A stretch of DNA of 63,543 nucleotides, the filler included, from Octopus bimaculoides (Eukaryota), in NCBI RefSeq assembly GCF_001194135.2. It is 6 parts of 5 records of this genome, joined end to end, with 100 filler letters (N's around TTAATTAATTAA, not from the genome) between each part and the next. Parts side by side here need not be neighbours in the genome. Positions count along the whole stretch, not along the records: positions 18,541 to 32,156 come from NC_068991.1; positions 32,257 to 46,299 come from NC_068991.1; 4 more parts are not named here. One strand, written 5' to 3'. Below the pieces are notes generated by a model. That model was not told the origin of the DNA, ran no database searches, and saw only the letters and a program-made list of their open reading frames with translations. Shown in pieces: positions 29,281-41,974 of the stretch. Each line of letters opens with the position of its first letter. Positions within the stretch are counted from its first letter, which is position 1. The position numbers and the translations under genes are program-made.

Positions 29281-29599
29281 AAACATATATATTATATATA
29301 TTCGATGGGATTCTTTCTCTTCCCATCCACCAAATCCACTCAGAAGGGTTTGGTTGGCCCCAGACTATACTATATGACACTTGCCTAACGTTCCACGTCG
29401 TGGGACTGAATTCGGAACCACGTGGTTGCGAAGCAAGCTTCTTACCACACAGCTCCTCCTCCTCCTTCTTAGTATACATTGTATTTGATGTTGTTGTTGT
29501 TCGTATATTTATGTTGTTGTTGTTTCTGCTGCTGTTTTGGTGGCAGCCATCCTCTATAATACAGAAGAGGAAACCAAAATACTTAAAATTACAAGAATT

Positions 29600-29945
29600 A
29601 CAGAGGTAAACTGTTGGGGACACGGCCTTGAGGTGTCGGTTTACCAGACCTCCACAAAATTGCAGAGGAATTGATGTTGCCGAAGTACGGGGACACATGA
29701 AAGCTAAGTGTCACCAGAAACACGAAGAGGAGGGGACAGAGAATGAAGAACAACAAGAAGAGGTTTCAACCGTAGAAGAACAAAGTATGGAAGAACAGTA
29801 TACAGTGGTGAAGAGGAAGAATAACGCGGACTCACCACCAAAAAGTCCTAGGAAGAAAAGAAAAGGAAATGGAAAGGAGACGCAGAGCGTGGAACAAGGG
29901 AAAGCGAATGAGCGGAGAAAAAAAATGAAAGGTCAACAAAAGTAA
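29600..29945 (+). mobile_element. Possible Tx1/L1-type ORF1 remnant (degenerate zinc knuckle plus acidic/basic tail)
   Basis: RPPQNC...GHMKAKCHQK followed by an E-rich then K-rich tail (SPPKSPRKKRK), resembling GRPPxCxxCxxxGHxxxxC; decayed. Confidence 0.4.
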
Positions 29946-31140
29946 GTGAAGGAGTTGAGGAGCGAAGACAGAAACCTTTACCAACAATCAGCAAGGAGGA
30001 GAAAGTACAGAAGAAAAAAAGGAAGATGAAAGAGAATTGATAACAAGAAAGAATGAGAGACATACAGAGATAGAAATACTAGCAACAGTAAAAGAGATTG
30101 GTGAAGAAAATCAGAGACACCGAAAGGAAAACAAGTAAGGAATATGACACAATACACAAAAAGTGTAGAGATAGAAAAAAGATTGCAAAGATGAAGAACG
30201 TAATGAGAGTTAAATTGCCATCCAACGAGATCAATGTAGGTTTGAAAGCTGTTCTGCTAGAAAGAGAGAGGAGAAAGGTTAAAGGAATTGTTTGGTGAAA
30301 AGTTAGAAGTGACACTGGTACAGTATAGTTTTGATGAATTGCCGCCGGTCGTGGCATTCGAAGATTTAATGAAGTACTTGGCGTAAATGAGGGTAAGTAA
30401 GGAAATTTAAGAACTGAATAATTAGTGACTTTGTGTAAATTTGAAGAAAAAAGAAGAGGAAAAAAAGGAAAACCAACAGATACAAGACAGAATATTGAAC
30501 TGTTAGTAAAACGTTATATAAAAACAGTAAAAAGGAAACTGCCTGCTTATGGGGTGCAGGTAAGTTATTCCATCCTCATTTTTCAATTTTTCATTGTATC
30601 CATAATTTCATACGATATGTTTTTATGTACCCCATTGTGCTCAATAAAAGAAATTAGAAATTAGGACAATCCGCGCGCTTATAAAGATAGAAACATATGT
30701 CCATGATTGTCCACTTACCTCTAGACAATAAGCCAATTCTTTTCCTTCAAATCGTGTCAAATTTGGAGAATTCATGATTCTTGAGATTTTCTCCCTTTCT
30801 CATATGGAGCTGATCTCAGACACCATTTGGCAATTGTGACACATCTTCTAGGCACAGAGATCATTTTCCTAGATAACAAATTTATTTTGTATGGTATTAG
30901 ACATACCTGTATTTGTGTAAATACACATATACTTACACACACACTCGCACACAAGCACATATATACGCCTCTTTCTCCTTAAATATGCGTGTGTATACGT
31001 ACATGCATACCTACATACATATACATATGCACACTGACACACTGACACACACACACACACGCACACACACATACACACATACAGCAGTGCAATCTTCATT
31101 TATATTTTTCATTTGATCACTTGGCATTTACCTTAAAGTC

Positions 31141-31260
31141 CCTCTCTCTTTCTCCGCTCCTCTCTCTTACTCCGTCCCTCTCTCTTTCTCCGTCCCTCTC
31201 TCTTACTCCGTCCCTCTCTCTTTCTCCGTCCCTCTCTCTTACTCCGTCCCTCTCTTTCTT
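31141..31260 (+). repeat. Minisatellite of alternating 18-mers (36 bp higher-order unit)
   Basis: ccgtccctctctctttct alternating with ccgtccctctctcttact. Confidence 0.85.
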
Positions 31261-32740
31261 TATATCTCCATCTCTGGCTCGATGTTTACCTCTGTTTCTG
31301 TCATAACGCACACACTCGCGCGCGCACACACAAACACACACACTTGCTACAATAGGCACTCATATATACCCGCATTCACACTCACATCAAAACACACTGA
31401 CACAAGTACAGTCATTTGCTTCTTACCTTGCTCACTTTTCATTTTACACTTAACCCTCCCCTTCTTTCTCATATCTCTCTTTCCCTTTAATTACACTCTT
31501 TTCTTCACTCTCTATTCATTATAATCACACACACACACACACACGGACATATGTCCATGCATCTGTATCTCCCTGCTAATACCAATTTATTAATGTTTAA
31601 CAGTGGGTCTATAGAAATAAAACACATTGAAGAACAAGAGTGGGCGGAGATGGCCCTCAGTGGGCCACACTGACCTTTTATCTACGCCTACCAACCCATG
31701 TGTTAAATACCTACACATACCTCAGAGATAATTAAGAATTTCTATAAATGAAATCTTAAACAGAGATTTTGTATGTCAAGACGTTTATTCATGTTAGTGT
31801 ACGTGTATATGCACGTAGATTTGCATGGAAGTAGTGAGTGTTTGAGTACGGAGAGAGTGGGATAGTATTGTGGAGAGGAAGAAAGGAATGAGAAAAGAAA
31901 TGGTCGAATAAATGAGAAATAACTACAGAGAATTGCTACGAAGCCCCGTGCGTACAGTGTTCGCTGAGGGGTGATCTCTAAAGCTACTATTCCAGACACA
32001 CCAATACTTCCTTCTGGATGAAGACCACACTGACAAGTGTCTTCTACTATAGCCTCGGGTCGACCGAAGGCTTGTGAGTGGATTTGGTAAATGGAAACTG
32101 AAAGAAGCCGGTCGTATACATACATACATACATATATGTATATATATATATATATANNNNNNNNNNNNNNNNNNNNNNNNNNNNNNNNNNNNNNNNNNNN
32201 TTAATTAATTAANNNNNNNNNNNNNNNNNNNNNNNNNNNNNNNNNNNNNNNNNNNNATATATATATATATATATATATATAAGCATTGATTTCTTAAAAA
32301 GTATATATTTGTTTCGCAGTGTGTTTTGTTTGCATGTGTCGTATGGTGAAACATATATGTACGTTTGCTTCTTCTATCCTTCAAGAAATTACGCAAGCAT
32401 GAATCCATAATTTTCCTTGTTTCTCTTTGGGAATTAATTTGAGACAAACTGAAGGACAGTGGAATTGATACCATTCTTTTGGACAATCGATTCTTTATAT
32501 TCTGATTCGAATCCAATATTTGTTCCCTTTCACATCTTTTACCTACATCTCATCTCATTGGTTTAAACAGTACATGTGCGTTGCAGTGTGTGCTACCGTC
32601 TTGGCTGTTTAAACATGACGATCTCAAACCTTGCCAAAAGCATATAGATTTCATGAATGGTGGTGGTTGTGGTGGTGTGCAGAAAACTACAAATTATCGG
32701 AAAGCCTCTTTGATATATATGGATATATGTACACACACAC

Positions 32741-32792
<52 letters not shown>

Positions 32793-35065
32793 TAATAATA
32801 ATAATGGTTTCAAATTTAGCCACAAGGGCAGCCCTTTTAGGGGAGGGCACTGGTCAATTTCATCGACCCCCCCCCCCNNNNNNNNNNNNNNNNNNNNNNN
32901 NNNNNNNNNNNNNNNNNNNNNNNNNNNNNNNNNNNNNNNNNNNNNNNNNNNNNNNNNNNNNNNNNNNNNNNNNNNNNNNNNNNNNNNNNNNNNNNNNNNN
33001 NNNNNNNNNNNNNNNNNNNNAGTGTTTCACAGGTATTTAATTTATCGACTTCCGAAAGGATGGAAGGCAAAGTCGACCTTGGCGGAATTTGAATCCAAAA
33101 CGTAGCAACGGGTGAAATACCACCAAGCATTTCGTCCTATATGTATAACGGGCTTCTTTTCAGTTTCCGCCTAATAAATCCACTCACAAGGCTTTGGTCG
33201 GCCCGAGGCTATAGTAGAAGACACATTGTAGTAGTTTTAGAATGATGCCACCCTGCTGGCTTGGCGACTGGATAACCTTCCCTCACCGAAACAGTCCGTC
33301 GCTCTATTATTCAATTACAGCTGAGAAGAGTGGAGTGTTTTGCTTAAGAACGCAACGCATTACAAGTCTGATCGTGACACTCCGTCGGTTACGACGACGA
33401 GGGTCCCAGTTGATCCGATCAACGGAACAGCCTGCTCGTGAAATTAACGTGCAAGTGGCTGAGCACTCCACAGACACGTGTACCTTTAAGGTAGTTCTCA
33501 GGGCGATTCAGCGTGAAACAGAGTGTGACAAGGCTAGTACAACAGAAATACAGGTACAACAGAAACAGGAAGAGTGCGAAATGCTTAGCGGTATTTCGTC
33601 TGCCGTTACGTTCTGAGTTCAAATTCCGCCGAGGTCGATTTTGCCTTTCATCCTTTCGGGGTCGATAAATTAAGTACCAGTTACAAACTGAGGTNNNNNN
33701 NNNNNNNNNNNNNNNNNNNNNNNNNNNNNNNNNNNNNNNNNNNNNNNGAGTGCGAAATGCTTAGCGGTATTTCGTCTGCCGTTACGTTCTGAGTTCAAAT
33801 TCCGCCGAGGTCGATTTTGCCTTTCATCCTTTCGGGGTCGATAAATTAAGTACCAGTTACAAACTGAGGTCTATATAATTGACTTAATCCGTTTGTCTGT
33901 CCTTGTTTGTCCCCTCTATGTTTAGCCCCCTTGTGGGCAGTAAAGAAATAAGAGACGTTAGCACGCCAGGTGAAATGCTTAGCGATATTTTGTCTGTCTT
34001 TACGTTCTCAGTTAAAATTCCGCCGAGGTCGCCCTTACCGTTTATCCTTTCAGGGTTGATAAATTAAGTACCAGTTGCTTACTGGGGTCGATCTAATCGA
34101 CTTGCCTCCTCCCCAAAATTTCAGGCCTTGTGCTTAGACTAGAAAAGAATATGCGTAAATGTTTGGGACTGTACGATTTCTGACTGATACGCTTTTATTC
34201 TTTTACTCTTTTACTTGTTTCAGTCATTTGACTGCGGCCATGCTGGAGCACCGCCTTTATAGTCGACCCAACCGACCCCAGAGCTTATTCTTTGTAAACC
34301 TAGTACTTATTCTATCGGCCTCTTTTGCCGAACTGCTAAATTACGGGGACGCAAACACACCAGCATCGGTTGTCAAACATACACACACACATACATACAC
34401 ACAAACATACACACACAGATACATACACACATACATATATATANNNNNNNNNNNNNNNNNNNNNNNNNNNNNNNNNNNNNNNNNNNNNNNNNNNNNNNNN
34501 NNNNNNNNNNNNNNNNNNNNNNNNNNNNNNNNNNNNNNNNNNNNNNNNNNNNNNNNNNNNNNNNNNNNNNNNNNNNNNNNNNNNNNNNNNNNNNNNNNNN
34601 NNNNNNNNNNNNNNNNNNNNNNNNNNNNNNNNNNNNNNNNNNNNNNNNNNNNNNNNNNNNNNNNNNNNNNNNNNNNNNNNNNNNNNNNNNNNNNNNNNNN
34701 NNNNNNNNNNNNNNNNNNNNNNNNNNNNNNNNNNNNNNNNNNNNNNNNNNNNNNNNNNNNNNNNNNNNNNNNNNNNNNNNNNNNNNNNNNNNNNNNNNNN
34801 NNNNNNNNNNNNNNNNNNNNNNNNNNNNNNNNNNNNNNNNNNNNNNNNNNNNNNNNNNNNNNNNNNNNNNNNNNNNNNNNNNNNNNNNNNNNNNNNNNNN
34901 NNNNNNNNNNNNNNNNNNNNNNNNNNNNNNNNNNNNNNNNNNNNNNNNNNNNNNNNNNNNNNNNNNNNNNNNNNNNNTGATGGGTGGAAAACAACGAGCA
35001 GACGCATTCCGAAATACGGTTCAACCGCAAGTCGGTTCTTTTAGAATCGACCAATCGTTGGACAA

Positions 35066-35104
<39 letters not shown>

Positions 35105-35774
35105 GTATAACAACAGTATCAATGGTGATGGCAATACTTCCAGCAATACAGGGCGGCGGGCTGGCAGAAGCGTTAGCACGCCGGGCGAAATGCTTAGCGG
35201 TATTTCGTCTGCCGTTACGTTCTGAGTTCAAATTCCGCCGAGGTTGACTTTGCCTTTCATCCGTTTAGGGTCGATAAATTAAGTACCAGTTGCGTACTGG
35301 GGTCGATCTAATCGACTGGCTCCCTCCCCCAAAATTTCGGACCTTGTGCCTAGAGTAGATAAGAATACTTCTAGCAATACGATTTAGTGACACCAAAATC
35401 CTTACATACCAAACTGTCCATTTTGTAAATAATATGGTGCTGATGGTGGAGTGTGATTAGAAAGGTCGAGGGCCCTGCTGGGGTGTCCTCCTGCTAACTC
35501 GTCCAATAGGAAAAGGAATTACATATTGCGTAATGTGTTTAGTTCTACATATCCTAATAGGGATCTGGTAAGGGCTAGAACGACGTCTGTGTACATATTT
35601 TATGTTGTCATGGCTGGATCGATGTTTGTCTTGTAACAGGGATTCTATGAAGAGATCTTCTCTCAGACAAAAAACAAAGCGACATGTATTTCATCGGTGT
35701 ATATACTTAATAATTATGCAAAGAAGGCTGTCTATGTCTGTCTGCCTGTCTGCGTCTTTTTGTTTGTCTGTCTA

Positions 35775-35828
<54 letters not shown>

Positions 35829-36072
35829 CATTTCACCTTCTCTCACGTGTGTGTGTGTGTATGTATGCATGCACACAGACACTTATATGTGCATATCTAT
35901 ACATACGTACTTACATACACCCGCACGTACATACAGACATACATACGTACATACATGCGTACATACATGCATACATATATCCATATACACGCGCGCGCAC
36001 GCGAGTATGCATACATCCATATATACACATACACACACACATATTCATACCCACACACACATACACACACAC

Positions 36073-36700
36073 ATTCTGTACTCAATTTCTTTATCTATCT
36101 TAGCAACATTGGCCACTATGGAACCGAAATACGTGAAAGAGGAAACAGTCTTTAATACTCTCCCGTCAAAATAAACTATAGGATACCAGCGGAAGGGTTG
36201 GTCGCGCATGGGCTGCTGGACAAGCCCAACCTTCTTGATGTCGATGCTCAGACCAAAATATTTCGATGAACGTGAGAAGTTGTCTAGAATCCATTGGAAG
36301 CTATAAGTACACAATCGTCTGCGAAGAGCAATTCACGAACTGTTTGCACCGAAATCTTAGTTTTTGCTTTGAAGCGCTGTCGATTGAAGAAGCCACCACC
36401 GGTCCTCTACTCAAACTTAACTCCTTCTTAATACTCTCGAATATTGCTTCCAACATGAGGGAGAAATACAAAGCAAATCAGAGCAGTGCAAGAACACAGC
36501 CTTGTCACTCTTTTACTCTTTTACTTGTTTCAGTCATTTGACTGTGACCATGCTGTAGCACCGCCTTTAGTCGAGCAAATCGACCCCAGGACTTATTCTT
36601 TGGAAGCCTAGTACTTATTCTATCGGTCTCTTTTGCTGAACCGCTAAGTTACGGGGACGTAAACACACAAGCATCGGTTGTCAAGCGATGTTGGGGGGAG

Positions 36701-36739
<39 letters not shown>

Positions 36740-38015
36740 TATCTATATATACATATATACGACGGGCTTCTTTCAGTTTCCGTCTACCAAATCCACTCAC
36801 AAGGCTTTGGTCGGCCCGAGACTATAGTAGAAGACACTTGCTCAAGGTGCCACGCAGTGGGAATGAACCCGGAACCATGTGGTTCGTAAGCAAGCTACCT
36901 ACCACACAGCCACTCCTACGCCACTGCGAATGAATCCGATACTTCCCTTGATGTAAAGAAATTATGACATTGAGCATCGTTTCGGGAACACCTAGCTTTC
37001 TAAGCACAACCCAACGAGCATCGCTAGATACGGTGTCGAAAGCTTTAGTTAGCTCTACAGAAGGCTCACGAGCCTCTTCCTGTGGTTGCCTCAGGCTGAA
37101 TATCGTATCCACTGTGCCTCTACCTCCCCGAAAGCCACGCTGAGATTCAGATTACACCAAGTAGCAAGGGTATCATTTAGTCTGTTTAAGATAACCCTTC
37201 TAAGGATATTCCCGTCGACGTACAAAAGGGATATACCTCTATGATTTCTCATATTCTTCTTTGTTGCTTCTATGATTATAAAGATGGACAACAGAAGCAT
37301 CTTTAAACTCGGTAAGAGTGAACCTAATTCCCAGATTAAGAAGAAGAGTTAACATAATAAATATGGTAGATTGCTACCACATTTATATATCTCTGCTGGT
37401 ATGCCATCGTTCCCAGACGACTTTTCATTCGCGAGTTGTTTTATAACCTTTTTTTTCTTTTTTACAGAAACTGAGTCCAGAATCGGTAAGCTTATCAAGG
37501 CTTTGCCACATCCCCGACGCATTGTTGAAGGTGAAATTTGTTGTAAACAATTTGTGGATTTGAAATCATTGCTTCGAGGTGCTGATTTTTGGACCCTGTA
37601 CCAAAGATACAAATCAGTCAGCTTCAGGTTTTGCATTTACGATGCTTGCGTACCATCTCCATCATCAAATTGAGCGACCATAGTAAGAGTGAGATGCTAA
37701 GAAAATGCAACATATCAGGTATTGAAGCTATACCCATCAAAGTACAGCTTAAATGATGAGGTTATTTCTCACGTATAAGTGATATCAGATTTGTGGCGCA
37801 ACTTCTCTTTGGGATGTCAGTTCGAAAGCCACTCTTGCATTTCAAAGACAAAAAAAAAAAAGACAAACTGAAGCGATGCAACATTCTCTTTTCTTCCTGG
37901 GTAAACAAAGCACCAGAACGCAAGACCTGGCACCAGTCCTGCTTCTCCTCAGTTCAAAATTTTGAGCAAAGTCGACTCCGAATATCGGACCAGCTTTGTG
38001 CAAGCCTGAAGACAT
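36073..38015. mobile_element. RTE-clade (BovB-like) LINE fossil: 5' part on minus strand (37465 to 36073), 3' part on plus strand (37467-38015), interrupted by a SINE at 36507-36921
   Basis: Minus: VIKQLANEKSSGNDGIPAEIYK, NHRGISLL, DTIFSLRQ..LTKAFDTVS, QGCVLA, RELLFADDCVL, FTYFGSIV..IDKEIEYR. Plus: ETESRIGK..WTLYQR..HLRCLRTI..IRFVAQLLFG..KPLLHFKD..W..KAPERKTW. Confidence 0.92.
36507..36921 (-). mobile_element. SINE family A, young full-length copy nested in the RTE RT
   Basis: Near-consensus copy that splits the RTE reading between SDSFAV and QGCVLA. Confidence 0.92.
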
Positions 38016-38420
38016 AGTGGGAAAACGCTGCTCCTCTAAATCACCTTACTTTAATCTTTAATTTTTATTCACAGTTATGTCACTGTCTCCATGCGGGAGC
38101 ACCGTCATGAAGGGTTCTAATCGAACAAATCGACCCCCAGAACTTACGTTTTAAGCCTAGCACTTTTTCTATCGGTGTATTTTACCGAACCGCTACGTTA
38201 CAGGGACATAAACACGCAAGCATCGGCTGATGGCGAGGCGAGGATAGACACAGATAGACAGACACACACACACACACAAGCATGCACATATATACGATGG
38301 GCTTCTTTCAGTTTGCGGTCACTGCTAACGTTTCTGCCAGCTCGCCGCCTCGTATGTATGTATGTATGTATGTATGTGTGTATGTATGTATGTATGTATG
38401 TATGTATGTATGTATGTATG

Positions 38421-38453
<33 letters not shown>

Positions 38454-40304
38454 GTGTGTGTGAGAGGTGGTGGTGGTGCGTGTCTGTGTGTGTAGGCTGT
38501 ATCCACCCCGAAACAACAATGAAATGAGTGCTAAACTGGATATGAACCGAGTGAGTGACAAAACAAACGAGACATATTCCGTCTAACGTTGAAATGTCTC
38601 TGTCGGTATATTGTTTAAATATCCAAACTTCCCACTATAAAGATTACGTTCGCATCTTCCATGGTCGAACAACAGAGCTGGAGAGTTTGAATTTCCTTAA
38701 CAGTATCATTAAAACAATCCATGTTTCATTTCTTGCGATTCAGATAAGGGAGATAACTCTTAACAATTTATATTTGAGTTATTGCCCTTGGAAATACTAG
38801 TGAATATATTAAATGTCTATATGAGTGCTTTTGCGTGAGCGTATGACTGTACGCGGATGCGTGCATATATGTGTATACATGTGTATAAATGTGTGTGTTT
38901 GTGTGTATGTGTGTGTATGTGTGCGTATGTGAATGTGTGTGTGGGGGGAGTGCATGTAAGTGTGTGCATAGGCTTTGGAGTGGCCGGGTGGGAAGTAGAT
39001 TGCTCACCAACCACATGGTTCCGGGTTCAGTCCCACAGTGTGGCACCTTGGGCAAGTGTCTTCTACAAAGCCTTGTGAGTGGATTTGGTAGACGTAAACT
39101 GAAACAAGCCCGTCGTATATATGTATATATATATATATAAATATATATATATATATNNNNNNNNNNNNNNNNNNNNNNNNNNNNNNNNNNNNNNNNNNNN
39201 NNNNNNNNNNNNNNNNNNNNNNNNNNNNNNNNNNNNNNNNNNNNNNNNNNNNNNNNNNNNNNNNNNNNNNNNNNNNNNNNNNNNNNNNNNNNNNNNNNNN
39301 NNNNNNNNNNNNNNNNNNNNNNNNNNNNNNNNNNNNNNNNNNNNNNNNNNNNNNNNNNNNNNNNNNNNNNNNNNNNNNNNNNNNNNNNNNNNNNNNNNNN
39401 NNNNNNNNNNNNNNNNNNNNNNNNNNNNNNNNNNNNNNNNNNNNNNNNNNNNNNNNNNNNNNNNNNNNNNNNNNNNNNNNNNNNNNNNNNNNNNNNNNNN
39501 NNNNNNNNNNNNNNNNNNNNNNNNNNNNNNNNNNNNNNNNNNNNNNNNNNNNNNNNNNNNNNNNNNNNNNNNNNNNNNNNNNNNNNNNNNNNNNNNNNNN
39601 NNNNNNNNNNNNNNNNNNNNNNNNNNNNNNNNNNNNNNNNNNNNNNNNNNNNNNNNNNNNNNNNNNNNNNNNNNNNNNNNNNNNNNNNNNNNNNNNNNNN
39701 NNNNNNNNNNNNNNNNNNNNNNNNNNNNNNNNNNNNNNNNNNNNNNNNNNNNNNNNNNNNNNNNNNNNNNNNNNNNNNNNNNNNNNNNNNNNNNNNNNNN
39801 NNNNNNNNNNNNNNNNNNNNNNNNNNNNNNNNNNNNNNNNNNNNNNNNNNNNNNNNNNNNNNNNNNNNNNNNNNNNNNNNNNNNNNNNNNNNNNNNNNNN
39901 NNNNNNNNNNNNNNNNNNNNNNNNNNNNNNNNNNNNNNNNNNNNNNNNNNNNNNNNNNNNNNNNNNNNNNNNNNNNNNNNNNNNNCTTCATTCAGTTTCT
40001 GTCTACCAAATCCGCTCACAAGGCTTTGGACGGCCTGAGGCTATAGTAGAAGACACTTGCCTAAGGTGCCACGCAGTTGGACTGAACCCGGAACCATGTG
40101 GCTGGTAAGCAAGCCTCATACCACACAGCCACTCCTTTGTTATTGTTATTATTATTTTTTTTACCATGCCAGACGTAGGGATGGCTGTGTAGTAAGAGGC
40201 TTGCTTGCCAACCACATGTTTCCGAGTTCAGTCTCACTGCGTGACACGTATCTTGTACTTTAGCGGCAGGCCAACCAAAGTATGGTGAGCAGATTTTATA
40301 TATA

Positions 40305-40700
40305 CACAGGGTGGGTGGGAAGTAACTAGGCATTAGAAATTGCTTATAGAATGTTTAGCATCACTGAAATCATGACGAAAACATAAATAACTAGAGAACA
40401 CTAATGGGGAATTTTATATTCTTATTGTCTTATTGTCTTATTTCTTATTTTCCCGATGGCCGGTCGCTTGACTGTTCAGGAGTGAGCTAAAATAGTAGCA
40501 CGCCGCTATGGTGTGTGGAATTCCATTGTTTTGGTTCAGAGATGATGGCTTGCGCGGAAAGATGAGCATGCAACACTACGTCTGGAGTTAATAAAAAGTT
40601 GTCATGCAAAGCTGATGACCACGAGCTCTGTGAACGATCTAAGAAGAAGTGACCACCCAACCACATCGCGATCAGCGGAGAACGTGGCAAGTGTGCAGGA
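40305..40700 (+). mobile_element. Tc1/mariner 5' end fossil (TIR start plus N-terminal HTH)
   Basis: Begins near TA(CA)CAGGGTG; from ATG 40456 reads MAGRLTVQE*AKIVARRYGVWNSIVLVQR*W...KLMTTSSVNDLRRSDHPTTSRSAENVASVQE (decayed RSGRP motif). Confidence 0.75.
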
Positions 40701-41604
40701 AGTTACTGGGCCGTAAACACCACCATCGGTTGTCAAACGATGTTGGGGGGACAAACGCAGACACCCCCCCCCCNNNNNNNNNNNNNNNNNNNNNNNNNNN
40801 NNNNNNNNNNNNNNNNNNNNNNNNNNNNNNNNNNNNNNNNNNNNNNNNNNNNNNNNNNNNNNNNNNNNNNNNNNNNNNNNNNNNNNNNNNNNNNNNNNNA
40901 TATTTACGACAGGTTTCTTTCAGTTTCCGTCTACGAAACCCACTCACAAGGCTTTGGTCGACCCGAAGCTATAGCAGAAGACACTTGCCCAAGGTGCCAC
41001 GCAGTGGGACTGAACTCGGAACCATGTGGTTGGCAAGCAAGCTACTTACCACACAGCCACTCCTGCGCCAGGAAATTCAAAGGTCTGTGCGTTCCCGGCG
41101 ATATAATGAACGACAAATGCCAAACTTTTCGCTTGCTACATGTTCTAAATCTTAAATTCTGAGGTCAGCGTAATTTAGAGATTATCGATAAGGAGATCCC
41201 TGTCTGGATAAAATTATTAAGAGTTCAACAATTAATTATATCATATATTATTAATTGTTCCTATCAACACGGAAAGCTGGCAGAATTGTTACACGACTGC
41301 CTAAATGCTTAGCAGCATATCTTCCGACTCTTCAAATTCCGTTCCGGTCACCATTGGTTTTCATCCTTTCGGAGACTAAGATGAGAACCAGTTGAGCACT
41401 GAGGCCGTTGTAAAAGGCTTGACCCACCACCAAAATTGCAAACCTTTGCTAAAACGAGAAAGCATTATTTGTGCCTATGTTAGAAGCAAATCTAAACAGA
41501 ATTTACAATATAGTTCTATATTTAAGAAATGAGGAATTATGTACATTATTTACATTATTTACATTTGACGGATATTTGTCCTCATCTTGTTTGTTGTTAA
41601 CACA

Positions 41605-41652
41605 GGCATATAGCATAGTGGTTAAGATACCGAGTTCGATTCCAAGCAGCGA

Positions 41653-41724
<72 letters not shown>

Positions 41725-41727
41725 TAA
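41605..41727 (+). mobile_element. Short tRNA-head retrocopy with (AAT)n tail
   Basis: ggcatatagcatagtggttaag..ccgagttcgattcc..gacctgaataataat; A-box and B-box-like motifs. Confidence 0.6.
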
Positions 41728-41734
41728 TAAAAAA

Positions 41735-41965
41735 AAATATTCAGACAAATACATAACAAAAAAAACAGAACTTACAAATATATATAACATACAGAAAATT
41801 GCACTACTGGGCACAGCACACATCCTACGCAAAACACTTTCAATACAGTAACCATAAGAGCACCACAGCAAACCACAGCACATACCCAAGGCGCACAGAG
41901 CTGCGCTCGGTAGTGAAGTGAAAGCACGTTATAAAAATAAAACTACTGAACAACAATAATAATAA
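41735..41965 (+). mobile_element. R4/Dong (RLE-type LINE) 3' terminal fragment with (AAT)n tail
   Basis: NIQKIALLGTAHILRKTLSIQ* matches the R4/Dong C-terminus; the 3' UTR is near-identical to 59598-59700. Confidence 0.8.
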
Positions 41966-41974
41966 GAGTAACAT

